Shown: positions 19,218-28,207 of the stretch, piece by piece
Position numbering within the stretch: the stretch's first letter is position 1
Layout: each line of letters begins with the position of its first letter
NCBI GenBank assembly: GCA_050633305.1
Contig: JBOEGF010000005.1
Location: 32,001 to 96,000 of the forward strand
Reading direction: 5' to 3'
Length of the DNA stretch: 64,000 nucleotides
From: Nannocystales bacterium
Lineage (GTDB): Bacteria; Myxococcota_A; Polyangia; Nannocystales; Nannocystaceae
Program-made: the position numbers and the translations under genes
Notes under the pieces: generated by a model
Told to the model about the DNA's origin: nothing
What the model saw: only the letters and a program-made list of their open reading frames with translations
Databases searched by the model: none

Positions 19218-19994
19218 TCACTCCCGTCGAGCCCACAGGAGGATGCGGCGGTAGGTCAGCGCGAAGGGCTGCGCCGACCCCAGGGTCGCGAGGAGACGCT
19301 GCTCGTAGCGCCGGGCGAACTCGACGTAGAGCTCGGGCCCCAGCCGCGTTTCGTACCAGGTGAGCAACGAGCCCTTGACCCACTCCACCACGGAGGCGGC
19401 GCTGGGGAGCTCGTGCAGATAGATCGGCTCGCGCACAATCTGTTCGCGGAACCCGAGGTCGTACAGCAGGGTCGCGTAGTGCTCGGCGGGGTCGACGGCC
19501 GCACCGGCGCGCTGCGGACCGAGAACGTCGACGAAGGGCGACTCGCCCGCGAGTGTGGTCGCGGTGGTGTGCGTCGGCTGGGCGAAGTTGTTGGGCATCT
19601 GCACCGCCAGCTGCCCACCCGCGGCCAGGCCGTTACGCAGTCGCTCGAACACGGTGCGATGCTCGGGCACCCAGTGGAGCGCTGCGTTCGACACGATCAG
19701 GTCGAAGCCCTCAACCGGGTGCGTCGCGATGTCTGCTCGGACGAACGATACGCGGGAGTCGGTTTCGGCAGCGGTCGCAGCTCGAGCGAGCATCTGAGCG
19801 CTGTGGTCGATGCCGACCACCGATGCGGCGTCGAAGCGGTTGGCAAGGTCTACCGTGAGCTCACCCGGACCGCAGCCAAGGTCAGCGATACGCATGCCTG
19901 CCGCAGGCTGGACCAGCGCCATGAGGTCCTCGTAGGGCTTCCGACGTTCGGCGCGGAACCTCAGGTAGCGCTCGGGATCCCACGCGTTGCTCAC
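19218..19994 (-). CDS. tam: Trans-aconitate 2-methyltransferase
   Basis: WDPERYLRF, DLGCGPG, SNAALHWVP, LAVQMPNN. Start GTG 19994 (or ATG 20006). Confidence 0.88.
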   Translation of the reverse strand: MSNAWDPERYLRFRAERRKPYEDLMALVQPAAGMRIADLGCGPGELTVDLANRFDAASVVGIDHSAQMLARAATAAETDSRVSFVRADIATHPVEGFDLIVSNAALHWVPEHRTVFERLRNGLAAGGQLAVQMPNNFAQPTHTTATTLAGESPFVDVLGPQRAGAAVDPAEHYATLLYDLGFREQIVREPIYLHELPSAASVVEWVKGSLLTWYETRLGPELYVEFARRYEQRLLATLGSAQPFALTYRRILLWARRE

Positions 19995-20086
19995 AGGCCG
20001 AAGCATACTCAATCGACCTCCGTTCCGCGTGGCCCCGCACCGACCGTGTCCCATCCGAGCTCCACCCGAAGTCGGGGTCGCTGCTC

Positions 20087-20464
20087 TCAAGGCGCGCCCA
20101 AGACGAAGTGGGCGGTCACCAGGGCGCCACCGATCACCAACTCGACGAGCAGCGGCGGGACCACCTCCTTGACGAGTCCGTCCGAGACAATGCCGACGAT
20201 CCGGCCCATTGCGACGGCTCCCATGATGAGCGCGACGCTGAGCAGCCAGGTGGTGTCGCCGGTGGTCAGACCGAGAATGAGCATCGCGACCGACGCCAAG
20301 AAGAGTCCGCCCGGCAGACTTCGGAGCGTGCTGAGTCCTGCTGCGCCCTTGGGAACCACGGAGAAGGCATCGGCCATGGTGCGTGGTTTGAACAGCGAGC
20401 GGAGGCCCAGAAAAAGCAGCGGAAGACCTGCGAGTCCGACGATGATGTGAAGTGACGTTTCCAT
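20087..20464 (-). CDS. Small 4-TM membrane protein (DUF4345-like)
   Basis: 125 aa hydrophobic; STLRSLPGG and GRIVGIVSDG motifs; SD upstream. Confidence 0.75.
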   Translation of the reverse strand: METSLHIIVGLAGLPLLFLGLRSLFKPRTMADAFSVVPKGAAGLSTLRSLPGGLFLASVAMLILGLTTGDTTWLLSVALIMGAVAMGRIVGIVSDGLVKEVVPPLLVELVIGGALVTAHFVLGAP

Positions 20465-20494
20465 GTTGATGACTCCGTTCTTTGCGGTCGCTGA

Positions 20495-21361
20495 CTAGGC
20501 GGCGCTGATGGTCGTGCTCCGGTTCTGGGCATCGGCGGGTGTTGCGATGGGGGCGGTAGGGAGAAGGTGTTCGGCTGCGTTGCGTCGGAGCAAGGTGCTG
20601 AACATCCACGCGAGCAAGCGCCGCGGCATCAAGCGCGCGCTCCAGCGGTTCATCGCGCCCGCGATGTGGCTTGCCTTTCGCTTCTCCAGCGCGCGCAAGC
20701 CATCGTGCACCAGCGTCTCCACGGGCATCGCGGGCACCGGCAGGTTGCCCATCGCAATGTCGGTGCGGTGGTTCAGACCTGTGGTGTCCGTGGGTCCAGG
20801 AAGGAGCACGGTCACGTCGATGTCGATCTCGGCGAACTCGCGGTGGAGCGACTCTCCGAGCGTGTGTACGAACGCCTTGGCGCCCGCGTAGTTGGCCCCC
20901 AGCGCGATCGGTTGCAGCGCCGCCGTCGACGATACGAGGAGAATTCCGCCGGAACGGTCCCTCGTGCGGAGAAAGCTTCCGAATGCGTGGGCAAGCTCGA
21001 GATGACTGAGCGCGTTGAGGTGAAGGTCTGCGCGGAGGTCCTCGACTCGGTTTTGCAGGAATCCGCCCATCTTGGCGGCGCCGGCGTTGGAGACCAACAG
21101 CCCCACATCCAGGTCGCGGACCGCGTCGATGATCGTCTGTGCGGCGCCCGGCAAGCTCAGGTCCGCGGCGACGACGCGGGTCTGCACGCCAAAGTCTGCG
21201 ACAAGCGTATGCGCCAGATGCGCAAGACGATCGGTACGGCGAGAGACCAAAACGATGTCGTAGCCTCGACCAGCAAGTTCACGAGCGAATCCTTCGCCGA
21301 TTCCCTGTGATGCGCCTGTGACGATGGCCCATGGCCCATTACGTGTGATCTGAGTGCCCAT
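20495..21361 (-). CDS. Short-chain dehydrogenase/reductase
   Basis: VTGASQGIG, SNAG, YAGAK; GAGGAG SD before ATG 21361. Confidence 0.93.
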   Translation of the reverse strand: MGTQITRNGPWAIVTGASQGIGEGFARELAGRGYDIVLVSRRTDRLAHLAHTLVADFGVQTRVVAADLSLPGAAQTIIDAVRDLDVGLLVSNAGAAKMGGFLQNRVEDLRADLHLNALSHLELAHAFGSFLRTRDRSGGILLVSSTAALQPIALGANYAGAKAFVHTLGESLHREFAEIDIDVTVLLPGPTDTTGLNHRTDIAMGNLPVPAMPVETLVHDGLRALEKRKASHIAGAMNRWSARLMPRRLLAWMFSTLLRRNAAEHLLPTAPIATPADAQNRSTTISAA

Positions 21362-21440
21362 TTCGTGTTGCTCCTCGGTTGCGGTGACAGGCTCAAGATG
21401 GGGCAGACACGGCGACGCGAGTAGCGCCAAGACTGGACAT

Positions 21441-21464
21441 CAATGGTTCGTCGGTGAACCATTG
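21441..21464. promoter_or_regulatory. Inverted repeat between the divergent SDR and LysR genes (candidate operator)
   Basis: CAATGGTTC-gtcggt-GAACCATTG, perfect 9-6-9. Confidence 0.6.
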
Positions 21465-21469
21465 GCTCG

Positions 21470-22393
21470 ATGCCCGCCGCTGCACCTGAGATTCCCTGGG
21501 CCGATCTGCGGCTGGTGCTTCTGATCGGGAGGGCGGGCAGCCTACGGGGCGCTGCCAAGACGCTACGGGTCAGCCACCCGACGGTCTCGAGGCGCATCGC
21601 GGAGCTCCAAGACCAGCTCGGAGTGCAGCTCCTGCAGCGCGAAGGCAGAAGTCTTGGACTGACCCCGGCGGGGGAGGATCTCGCCGAGACCGCCGCACGG
21701 ATCGAGGCGGAGGTGGACGGGCTGGGACGCAGGATCGCCGGGCGGGACCACCGACTCGAGGGGTCCGTTCGTGTGGCGCTCTCGCCCTCGATGCTCTCGG
21801 CGCTGACCCCTGCGCTCCCGGACTTTGCGCTGCGCTACCCCGGAATCCAACTCGAGTTCGCCACCGGCCTGGCCATCTCGAACCTGACGCGTCGCGAGGC
21901 TGACGTGGCCATTCGACTGACCGAGACTCCGCATGACACGCTCGTTGGTCGCAAGCTCAGCGTGTTCGAACAGGCGGTGTACGTCAGCCGCTCACTCCTT
22001 CGCCGGATGCAGCAGGTCGATGAGCAAGACCCGCTCCGTTGGCCGTGGGTGGACTGGGACGAAGCCCATCGACACCATGCTTCGGCGGTCTGGGTTCGAG
22101 AGACCATCGGTGATGAACATGTGGCCATGCGTTGCGGGAGCTCGTTGGGGCTCTACCAGCTGATCAAAGCGGGCGTGGGTGTCGGGTTCAGTCCCACGAT
22201 GCTCGCTGGACCCGATCCCGACCTTGTTCGTGTGAAGGGCCCGACCGTACTCCCGGTGTTCAATCGGGGGATTTGGGTTCTTACCCACGCCGACCTTCGC
22301 AGCACGGGCAGGGTTCGGGCGACGACCAAGTGGCTCGGCGAGCTGCTCCGGGTCGAGGGCGGTGGGGTCTGGCCGGGGGTTCCGCCGCGCTAA
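21470..22393 (+). CDS. LysR-family regulator
   Basis: WADLRLVL..HPTVSRRIAELQDQLGVQL HTH. Confidence 0.93.
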   Translation: MPAAAPEIPWADLRLVLLIGRAGSLRGAAKTLRVSHPTVSRRIAELQDQLGVQLLQREGRSLGLTPAGEDLAETAARIEAEVDGLGRRIAGRDHRLEGSVRVALSPSMLSALTPALPDFALRYPGIQLEFATGLAISNLTRREADVAIRLTETPHDTLVGRKLSVFEQAVYVSRSLLRRMQQVDEQDPLRWPWVDWDEAHRHHASAVWVRETIGDEHVAMRCGSSLGLYQLIKAGVGVGFSPTMLAGPDPDLVRVKGPTVLPVFNRGIWVLTHADLRSTGRVRATTKWLGELLRVEGGGVWPGVPPR

Positions 22394-23310
22394 CGATCGG
22401 CGACGACGAACACGTCGTGAAGCTCGGGGCCTTCGAAGGGCTCGGGCACGACGCCTTCGGTGGCGAAGACGTACAGCGCGGTCCTGTAGATCATGTCGAG
22501 CGTTCGCACGAAGACGACGCCGAACAGAGCCACTGCGCCCGGGCCGATCACTGCGCCGAGTAACCACCGGGGGTCTGCGACGCCCAACGCAATGCAGGCT
22601 GCGAAGGGAAGGATGGCCAGCGCACCGAATCCAGCCCAGACCCAACCGAGGGCGAGGCGACCGATGAATGCCTCCTTCCAGGTCTTCTTGAACAGCTTGC
22701 CCGAGCGACGCAGCGCGCTGATGCCGTTGCACTTCTCTTTGGCAAGGACCGGGACGACCAAGTAGGTGACGGCCCACCAAGCCATCTCGAGGACGCTGGT
22801 CGTGAAGCGACCAACCATGCTCGCTACGAAGCCCCGGGCGGTGTTCTTTTGCTTGCGCTTTCCGAGCACGCGGCCGACCCCCGCCTGGGCGATGGCGACG
22901 GTGGCGATCGCGGTGATGCGGCTCCTCGCGGCTCGGGTGGACCCACGGATGGTCCACGCACGCCCGGCCAGAGCGTCCATGGTGGCACGGCTGAGGCTGA
23001 CCGCGCAGATCAGCGACCACAGCTGCAACAGAACCACAGAGAGGAATCCGCCCGCGGCCACCCCCCGTGCGGCGACCTTCTGCCCGTCGGGCGGCTCGCT
23101 GCTGAAGAAGATGTTCCACGGACCGAGATCCACGGTGGGGTCGGCAGCGACCTGCGAGGAGACCCAGGCGAGCGTGGCTCCAAAGCCGACGGCAAACACC
23201 GCGCCGACCAGCGTGACGAACGGAAACCAAAGCAGCCGCGGGTTGGCGCGGAGCGTGCGGAACGAAGCGCGGAGGATGGCGCCGCTACTTGGCTGGGCTG
23301 GACGGGTCAT
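22390..23310 (-). CDS. Multi-TM membrane protein (DUF6159-like)
   Basis: LRANPRLLWFP, TYLVVPVLA, ALRRSGKLFKKTW, IYRTALYVFATEG; overlaps the gntR end. Confidence 0.75.
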   Translation of the reverse strand: MTRPAQPSSGAILRASFRTLRANPRLLWFPFVTLVGAVFAVGFGATLAWVSSQVAADPTVDLGPWNIFFSSEPPDGQKVAARGVAAGGFLSVVLLQLWSLICAVSLSRATMDALAGRAWTIRGSTRAARSRITAIATVAIAQAGVGRVLGKRKQKNTARGFVASMVGRFTTSVLEMAWWAVTYLVVPVLAKEKCNGISALRRSGKLFKKTWKEAFIGRLALGWVWAGFGALAILPFAACIALGVADPRWLLGAVIGPGAVALFGVVFVRTLDMIYRTALYVFATEGVVPEPFEGPELHDVFVVADR

Positions 23311-23674
23311 CGAGGGTGTCCTGGAAATAGGCGACCAAATCCTGGGCGCTGATCTTGTGACGGGAGGCGTCGGCGATCGCTCGATCGTAGATCTCGCGAA
23401 GGGTTGTGCGAACGTCGACGGGGTCGGGGGCTCGGGGCGCGGGGAAGGTGCCCCGACCTCTCTTCGACACGAGGTGACCGCCTTGTTCGAGATCTCGATA
23501 GGCGCGGGCGACGGTGTTCGGATTCACGTCGATCCGCCGCGCGAGTTCATGGATCGTGGGCAGCTGCTCCCCGAGCGACAATGAGCCCGTAGACAGCGCT
23601 GAGAGCACCGCATCGATGATCTGCCGATAAATCGGGACCCCACGATCGTAGTCGAGCTGAACCTCCACGGGCAC
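23285..23674 (-). CDS. GntR-family (YtrA subfamily) regulator
   Basis: PIYRQI..LPTIHELA..VNPNTVARAYRDLE..RGRGTF with a short C-terminus. Confidence 0.92.
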   Translation of the reverse strand: MPVEVQLDYDRGVPIYRQIIDAVLSALSTGSLSLGEQLPTIHELARRIDVNPNTVARAYRDLEQGGHLVSKRGRGTFPAPRAPDPVDVRTTLREIYDRAIADASRHKISAQDLVAYFQDTLDDPSSPAK

Positions 23675-23679
23675 CGATG

Positions 23680-23710
23680 ACCATTTTACTATCAAATTGG
23701 TAAAATGCAA
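23680..23710 (-). promoter_or_regulatory. Promoter overlapped by an AT-rich palindromic operator upstream of gntR
   Basis: Palindrome CATTTTAC-N10-GTAAAATG (23682-23707); minus strand TTGCAT-N16-TAAAAT, 8 nt before GTG. Confidence 0.7.
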
Positions 23711-23760
23711 ACGACGGCGGATTTTCGCCATCGAGTCCGCGGCTCAGGAGAGCATCCGAC

Positions 23761-24300
23761 GTGGCAAACGTACGCGTCTACATCGCAACTTCGCTGGACG
23801 GCTACATCGCGGGTCCCGATGACGACCTCTCATGGCTGCCGACCGAAGCCGGGCCCGGCACCGACGAAGCTCTCGGCTTCGAGGCTTTCATGGCCGATGT
23901 CGGCGCGATGCTGATGGGGCGTCGGACCTATGACGTGGTGCGTTCGCTGGGAGAAGGCTGGCCGTACGGGGAGACTCCGGTCCTCGTTGCAACCCATCGC
24001 GAGCTCGAGTCGGATCTTCCCACGGTCCGTGCGGTGTCAGGGTCGACGGACGCTGTGCTGGATGCCGCGCTCGAGGAGGCTGGCGGTCGGGATGTCTACT
24101 TGGACGGCGGGGCGATGGTTCAGGCTGCCCTGGAGGTTGGCCGGGTCGACGAGCTCATCGTGACGTTGGTGCCCGTGCTCGTGGGGGGTGGCGTGCCGTT
24201 GTTCGGTACGCTTCGCGAGCGGCAGGAGTTTGTGTTCGAAGAGCACACGAGCATGGGATCGATGGTGCAGCTGCGCGCGAGGCCGAAGCGGGGCGTGTAA
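23761..24300 (+). CDS. Dihydrofolate reductase / RibD C-terminal family protein
   Basis: IATSLDGYIA, LMGRRTYD, DGG, VDELIVTLVPVLVGGGVPLF. Confidence 0.92.
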   Translation: MANVRVYIATSLDGYIAGPDDDLSWLPTEAGPGTDEALGFEAFMADVGAMLMGRRTYDVVRSLGEGWPYGETPVLVATHRELESDLPTVRAVSGSTDAVLDAALEEAGGRDVYLDGGAMVQAALEVGRVDELIVTLVPVLVGGGVPLFGTLRERQEFVFEEHTSMGSMVQLRARPKRGV

Positions 24301-24332
24301 GGCGGCCCGGCTTCGCACGTTGCGGTTTCGCC

Positions 24333-25175
24333 ATGAAGCCTGCTTTTCTCGCGGCCGCAATCTCACTTCTCGTCGGGTGCAACGAGGAGGCTCCCGGAGA
24401 GTCAATGCTCGCAGGAAGCAGTGGGCAGGACGGGACCGACTCGCTCTTCGACGAGACATCTTCGCGTCCCGGGGACGACGGGGATCCTGGTGGATCCGAT
24501 GCGAACCCGGAGTGCGACGTCTTCGAGCAAGACTGTCCGGGGGCACAGAAGTGCGTTCCGTTCTCAGGCGATGGCGACCAGACTTGGAACGCGGTGCGCT
24601 GCTCCTCGTTGCCCGCCGAGCCGAAACAGCTGGGCGAGCCGTGTGTTGCAGCCGAGGGACCGGTCGCGGGGATCGACGACTGTGATGTGGGCTTGATGTG
24701 CTGGGGAGTCCCGTCGGGAGAGACCCAAGGGGTGTGCGCGAGCCTGTGTGAGGGGTCGGTTTTCGCGGGCCTGTGCCCGGCCGAGACGGTGTGCTCGGTC
24801 TACAACGGTGGCGCGCTGCCGATCTGCTTGCCGACCTGCAACCCGCTGGAGGATGGGTGTGCGCAGGGGCAGCTCTGCGTCCCGCAAGGGGGAACGGGGA
24901 GTCGCTTTGTTTGTGCGACGGATGCATCTCCAACGACGGGCGCCTATGGGGACGCATGCCTCGCATTCAACAAGTGTGATCCGGGCTTGTTCTGTGCTCC
25001 CGCCAGTGCCGTTCCGGGCTGCACCGGAGCATCCGGGTGCTGTAGCCGTATCTGTGACCTCGACGACGACAATCCGGACCAGTCGTGCGACGTCGACTCG
25101 CAGGCCTGCGTGCCCTTCTTCGAGAGCGCGCCCGCGCCGGGGTTCGAATCTGTCGGCGGGTGCTCGGCGGCGTAG
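24333..25175 (+). CDS. Cys-rich myxobacterial lipoprotein
   Basis: Lipobox LVGC; CDVFEQDCPGAQKCVP..CNPLEDGC..CDPGLFC repeats. Confidence 0.85.
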   Translation: MKPAFLAAAISLLVGCNEEAPGESMLAGSSGQDGTDSLFDETSSRPGDDGDPGGSDANPECDVFEQDCPGAQKCVPFSGDGDQTWNAVRCSSLPAEPKQLGEPCVAAEGPVAGIDDCDVGLMCWGVPSGETQGVCASLCEGSVFAGLCPAETVCSVYNGGALPICLPTCNPLEDGCAQGQLCVPQGGTGSRFVCATDASPTTGAYGDACLAFNKCDPGLFCAPASAVPGCTGASGCCSRICDLDDDNPDQSCDVDSQACVPFFESAPAPGFESVGGCSAA

Positions 25176-25184
25176 GGTTCGGGT

Positions 25185-26231
25185 CTACACCGCCTCGACC
25201 CACGGAATACGAACTACGGTGGGGGGCGCGATGCTCACGTCGTTGCGCGGGCGGCCGCTTGCGTCGAAGACTCGGTCCCACAAGTCGGTCTGCATCACCC
25301 ACAGGGCGCCGTCGACGAACGTTGCAAGCGTTGGCTCGCCGGCTCGAGAATCCGGGACGCTGAGGACCGCTGCAGAGTCCACCGCCCGTGCGTCGGCCGA
25401 GAGTTCGAGCCGAAGCACTCGGGGTGGGCGGGCCCCGTTTTGGACAGCTGCCAGTGAGCGCCCTCGGAGCGCGAGCCCGTCGATTCCACGGAGGTCGATG
25501 TCCGCTGGTGTCGTGAGCAGCGTGGTGCTGCGTGCGGCGTCGTGCTCGTCCAGTTCGATGCGTGTCAGCCCCGTGGAGTAGTCGGCCACGATGAGCGTCG
25601 CCGCATCGACGGAGACGACCCCTTGCACCGACCGGAACGTCTTGGGCGGGACAACCTCTCGGAGTCCGTCCGTACCCAAGGTTCCCGAATAGACTCCACC
25701 GCCGAGCGTGTCGGTCACGAAGACGGTGCCGGTGGGGCTGAGCACGAGATCGCCAAACAGGTGTTGCTCGCCATCCTCGAGAACGTGTTCACCGACAACG
25801 GCTCCGTCCTCGAGCGAAAACGCGACGAGCGCTGCGGGCCCCACGGGGCTGGGTACCTCCCGACCTTGGGGAACTGCCGCACATGCTGCCCAGAGCAACT
25901 CCCGCTCGGGGTCGAGCTGGAGGCCGAACACCGACCAAGCCTGTGGCGGTTGGGCAAACGGCCGAACCGTGCCTGCGGGTAGACTCACCGCGGCGATCGA
26001 TTGGCCGACGATTCCGCCAACGAGGAGCCGGCCCCGAGCAGCATCCCAGGCCAACCCCTCGGCGAACAGGTCCGGCAGCGCGAGCGGGAGCGGACCGAGG
26101 TCGGGCGTGGGGTCGGGCTTGGGTGAGCGGACGTGGCCAGGGGTCGCAGGCGGTGCGGCCGGGGACCGAGACGGAGCCGAACACGAGGAGAGGCTGGCGA
26201 CGAGCAGTCCGAACCACGCACGACGAGACAT
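25185..26231 (-). CDS. Beta-propeller lipoprotein (SMP-30/NHL-like)
   Basis: Lipobox LSSC; AEGLAWD, FGDLVLSPTGTVFVTD, GIDGL. Confidence 0.8.
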   Translation of the reverse strand: MSRRAWFGLLVASLSSCSAPSRSPAAPPATPGHVRSPKPDPTPDLGPLPLALPDLFAEGLAWDAARGRLLVGGIVGQSIAAVSLPAGTVRPFAQPPQAWSVFGLQLDPERELLWAACAAVPQGREVPSPVGPAALVAFSLEDGAVVGEHVLEDGEQHLFGDLVLSPTGTVFVTDTLGGGVYSGTLGTDGLREVVPPKTFRSVQGVVSVDAATLIVADYSTGLTRIELDEHDAARSTTLLTTPADIDLRGIDGLALRGRSLAAVQNGARPPRVLRLELSADARAVDSAAVLSVPDSRAGEPTLATFVDGALWVMQTDLWDRVFDASGRPRNDVSIAPPTVVRIPWVEAV

Positions 26232-26350
26232 GGGCCGACGGTGCTTCGAACACCGGACGAGCGCAAGTCGCACGGGACGGTCCGCGGGCTCGTCTCGGCA
26301 ATCTTCGACGAACCGTGAAACGTTCAGCAGGCGAGCGGTACTGCCGCGGT

Positions 26351-28207
26351 GTGCCCACGGACTACCGAGACCTTGCACCCGACGTCATCGATGCCTTCGA
26401 GAAGGCGTTTCCGCGCTCTGAGGACCCCGCAGTGCTCGCGGAAGTCCGTGCCTTGGAGGTGTTGTTTGGTTGCTCGATGCCCGAGGAGGTGACGCGGTTT
26501 TTGGAGACGGAACGGAGTGAACTGTTCGACCCCTCTCCGGTCGGACTCGCCGCGATGGAGCACCCGTTCGAGGCGTTGATCCTTCGCGCACAGGAGATGG
26601 ACGACACGGCGGCGGTGCTCTTTCCGCTCACCGGGAGCCTGTTCTTACGCGGCGTCGGTGGCGTGGAGATCCTCGGGCACGTCACTGGAAAGCCGGGGGA
26701 GCCCGTGAGCCCGTTCTGCGGGTGGCGCAACGAGAAGTGGGCGTACGACCTTCCGAGCTTCAACCAGCTCACGCTCGCGCTCAAGACGTTTCTCTACGTT
26801 GAGGACGACTACGGGGACGAAGACGAAGACGAGGACGACGATGAGGACGAGCCGCGGGTGGGTCGGCAGGCCGAGGCTCTGTTGGCCCCGATCTGGGGGC
26901 GGGTCCACCGAACGCAGTGGACCGAGAACATGTTCGAAGCGATCGACGATACCGAAGTCGAAGAGCGCTTGGATGCAGGGGTTGACGACGCCCAAGACCT
27001 CCGGCCCCAGCTGAGCCAGTGGTGGCGCCACGAACGGTGTCTGACGCTGGGGTTCGCGTTGATTGGGAAGTTCCGTTCTCCACAGACGGATGCGTTCGCC
27101 CATGTCCCGTGGGAGACGCTCGAGCACCCGGACTTCTCGGCCGACCTCGGCGCACAGATGAACCTGCTGTGGCGAGGATGGTTTCTCAACGAGGAGACTC
27201 TGCTCGAACGCACCATGGCCGCAACTGCGACATCGCCCTCACGCCTCGTTCAAGATGCTCGGCGACTGATCTCCGAGTTGCTCGAAGGTCGGACGATGAT
27301 CGGCTCCGTGGACATGCACCACGCCCGGAACAACTACAAGACTTGGGTCGATGACCCGAGCGCCTACGAGCGCGTGCAGCGGTCGGCTCGCCGCGCCGCG
27401 CTCGAAGCTTGTGTCGAGCCTTCGCCGCAGGGGATCGAGCTGGTGCGGGCGCTGTGGCCTCTTCACGGCCCTGTGACAACGGAGCCTCGGGCCCTGCCTC
27501 CCGGGCACACGTGGGACGCTGCGACACGCCTGCTGACCGTGACCACCGATGGCCTGGCCCGTGAGGTTGTGCTGGCAGCTCCAACGGAGGGGCAAGCCAT
27601 CGTGTTGGATCGTCCGGCATCCAGTAGCGGTCTCTCGCCTTCGGGTCGTCGGTTCGTCTGCGAGGCCTCCACCTCGCGGCAGGGGCCTGGAGGCGCCGTC
27701 TACCCCGGCGTCGGGTTGGCCGAATACAACTTCGACACCCAGGCGTGGCGGGTTCTCGCGGACGTTGGCGAACTGCGCTACGTGGCCTACGTCGACGAAG
27801 ATCGGTGGGTGGTTCACAACCGCGACCACACCTACTTGCTGAGCGATGTCGACGGTGTGATCGAGACCGGTGAGCCCGCGTTCGTGGGCCAGCCGAACAC
27901 ATTCCACATTCCAGAGCTGGAGGTTCTGATCGCGTACGGGAAAACCGACCTCGTCCGAGGGCGGAGCCCGGGCGACCTCAAGTCACCTTGGATTCGAGTC
28001 TACGGGTATACACGGGACCGATTGGCATGCATCGCCGGGTTCCCACTCGACGGAGTCGAGCTGGTCGCCAAGCAGACCGACGGCGCATGGAGTGTTGGGC
28101 TGGTCTCCGCCGACCGCGAGGTCGCATGGGAGTTCCGGGGCTTGGGAACGGGCGCGAAGGCCTGGCGGGAGGGGGTGGTGGCCGAGTCGCGGAGCGCTGG
28201 CCCCTAG
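26351..28207 (+). CDS. Hypothetical protein: SMI1/KNR4(SUKH)-like N-terminus, acidic tract, beta-rich C-terminus
   Basis: GTG 26351 start; VRALEVLFGCSMPEEVTRFL motif; DDYGDEDEDEDDDEDE. Confidence 0.7.
   Translation: MPTDYRDLAPDVIDAFEKAFPRSEDPAVLAEVRALEVLFGCSMPEEVTRFLETERSELFDPSPVGLAAMEHPFEALILRAQEMDDTAAVLFPLTGSLFLRGVGGVEILGHVTGKPGEPVSPFCGWRNEKWAYDLPSFNQLTLALKTFLYVEDDYGDEDEDEDDDEDEPRVGRQAEALLAPIWGRVHRTQWTENMFEAIDDTEVEERLDAGVDDAQDLRPQLSQWWRHERCLTLGFALIGKFRSPQTDAFAHVPWETLEHPDFSADLGAQMNLLWRGWFLNEETLLERTMAATATSPSRLVQDARRLISELLEGRTMIGSVDMHHARNNYKTWVDDPSAYERVQRSARRAALEACVEPSPQGIELVRALWPLHGPVTTEPRALPPGHTWDAATRLLTVTTDGLAREVVLAAPTEGQAIVLDRPASSSGLSPSGRRFVCEASTSRQGPGGAVYPGVGLAEYNFDTQAWRVLADVGELRYVAYVDEDRWVVHNRDHTYLLSDVDGVIETGEPAFVGQPNTFHIPELEVLIAYGKTDLVRGRSPGDLKSPWIRVYGYTRDRLACIAGFPLDGVELVAKQTDGAWSVGLVSADREVAWEFRGLGTGAKAWREGVVAESRSAGP

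Noticed and set aside
19995..20609. Long N-terminal extension of Tam in the ORF track (similar extensions on arginase, the PPIase, kinase 2 and the 25883 ORF)
   Set aside because: The extensions overlap neighbouring genes or intergenic DNA and are low-complexity Arg/Pro-rich translations; downstream starts fit the family N-termini.
10425..23310. LysR/AraC/SDR-rich stretch as a horizontally acquired island
   Set aside because: Looks accessory, but I see no mobility genes, boundary repeats or demonstrable compositional shift.
25135..25160. GGGGTTCGAATC resembling a tRNA T-loop
   Set aside because: Lies inside the lipoprotein CDS (PGFES); no cloverleaf around it.
26800..26850. GACGAA/GACGAG short tandem repeat as a contingency locus
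   Set aside because: Imperfect in-frame codon repeats for an Asp/Glu tract; unit changes would not shift the frame.
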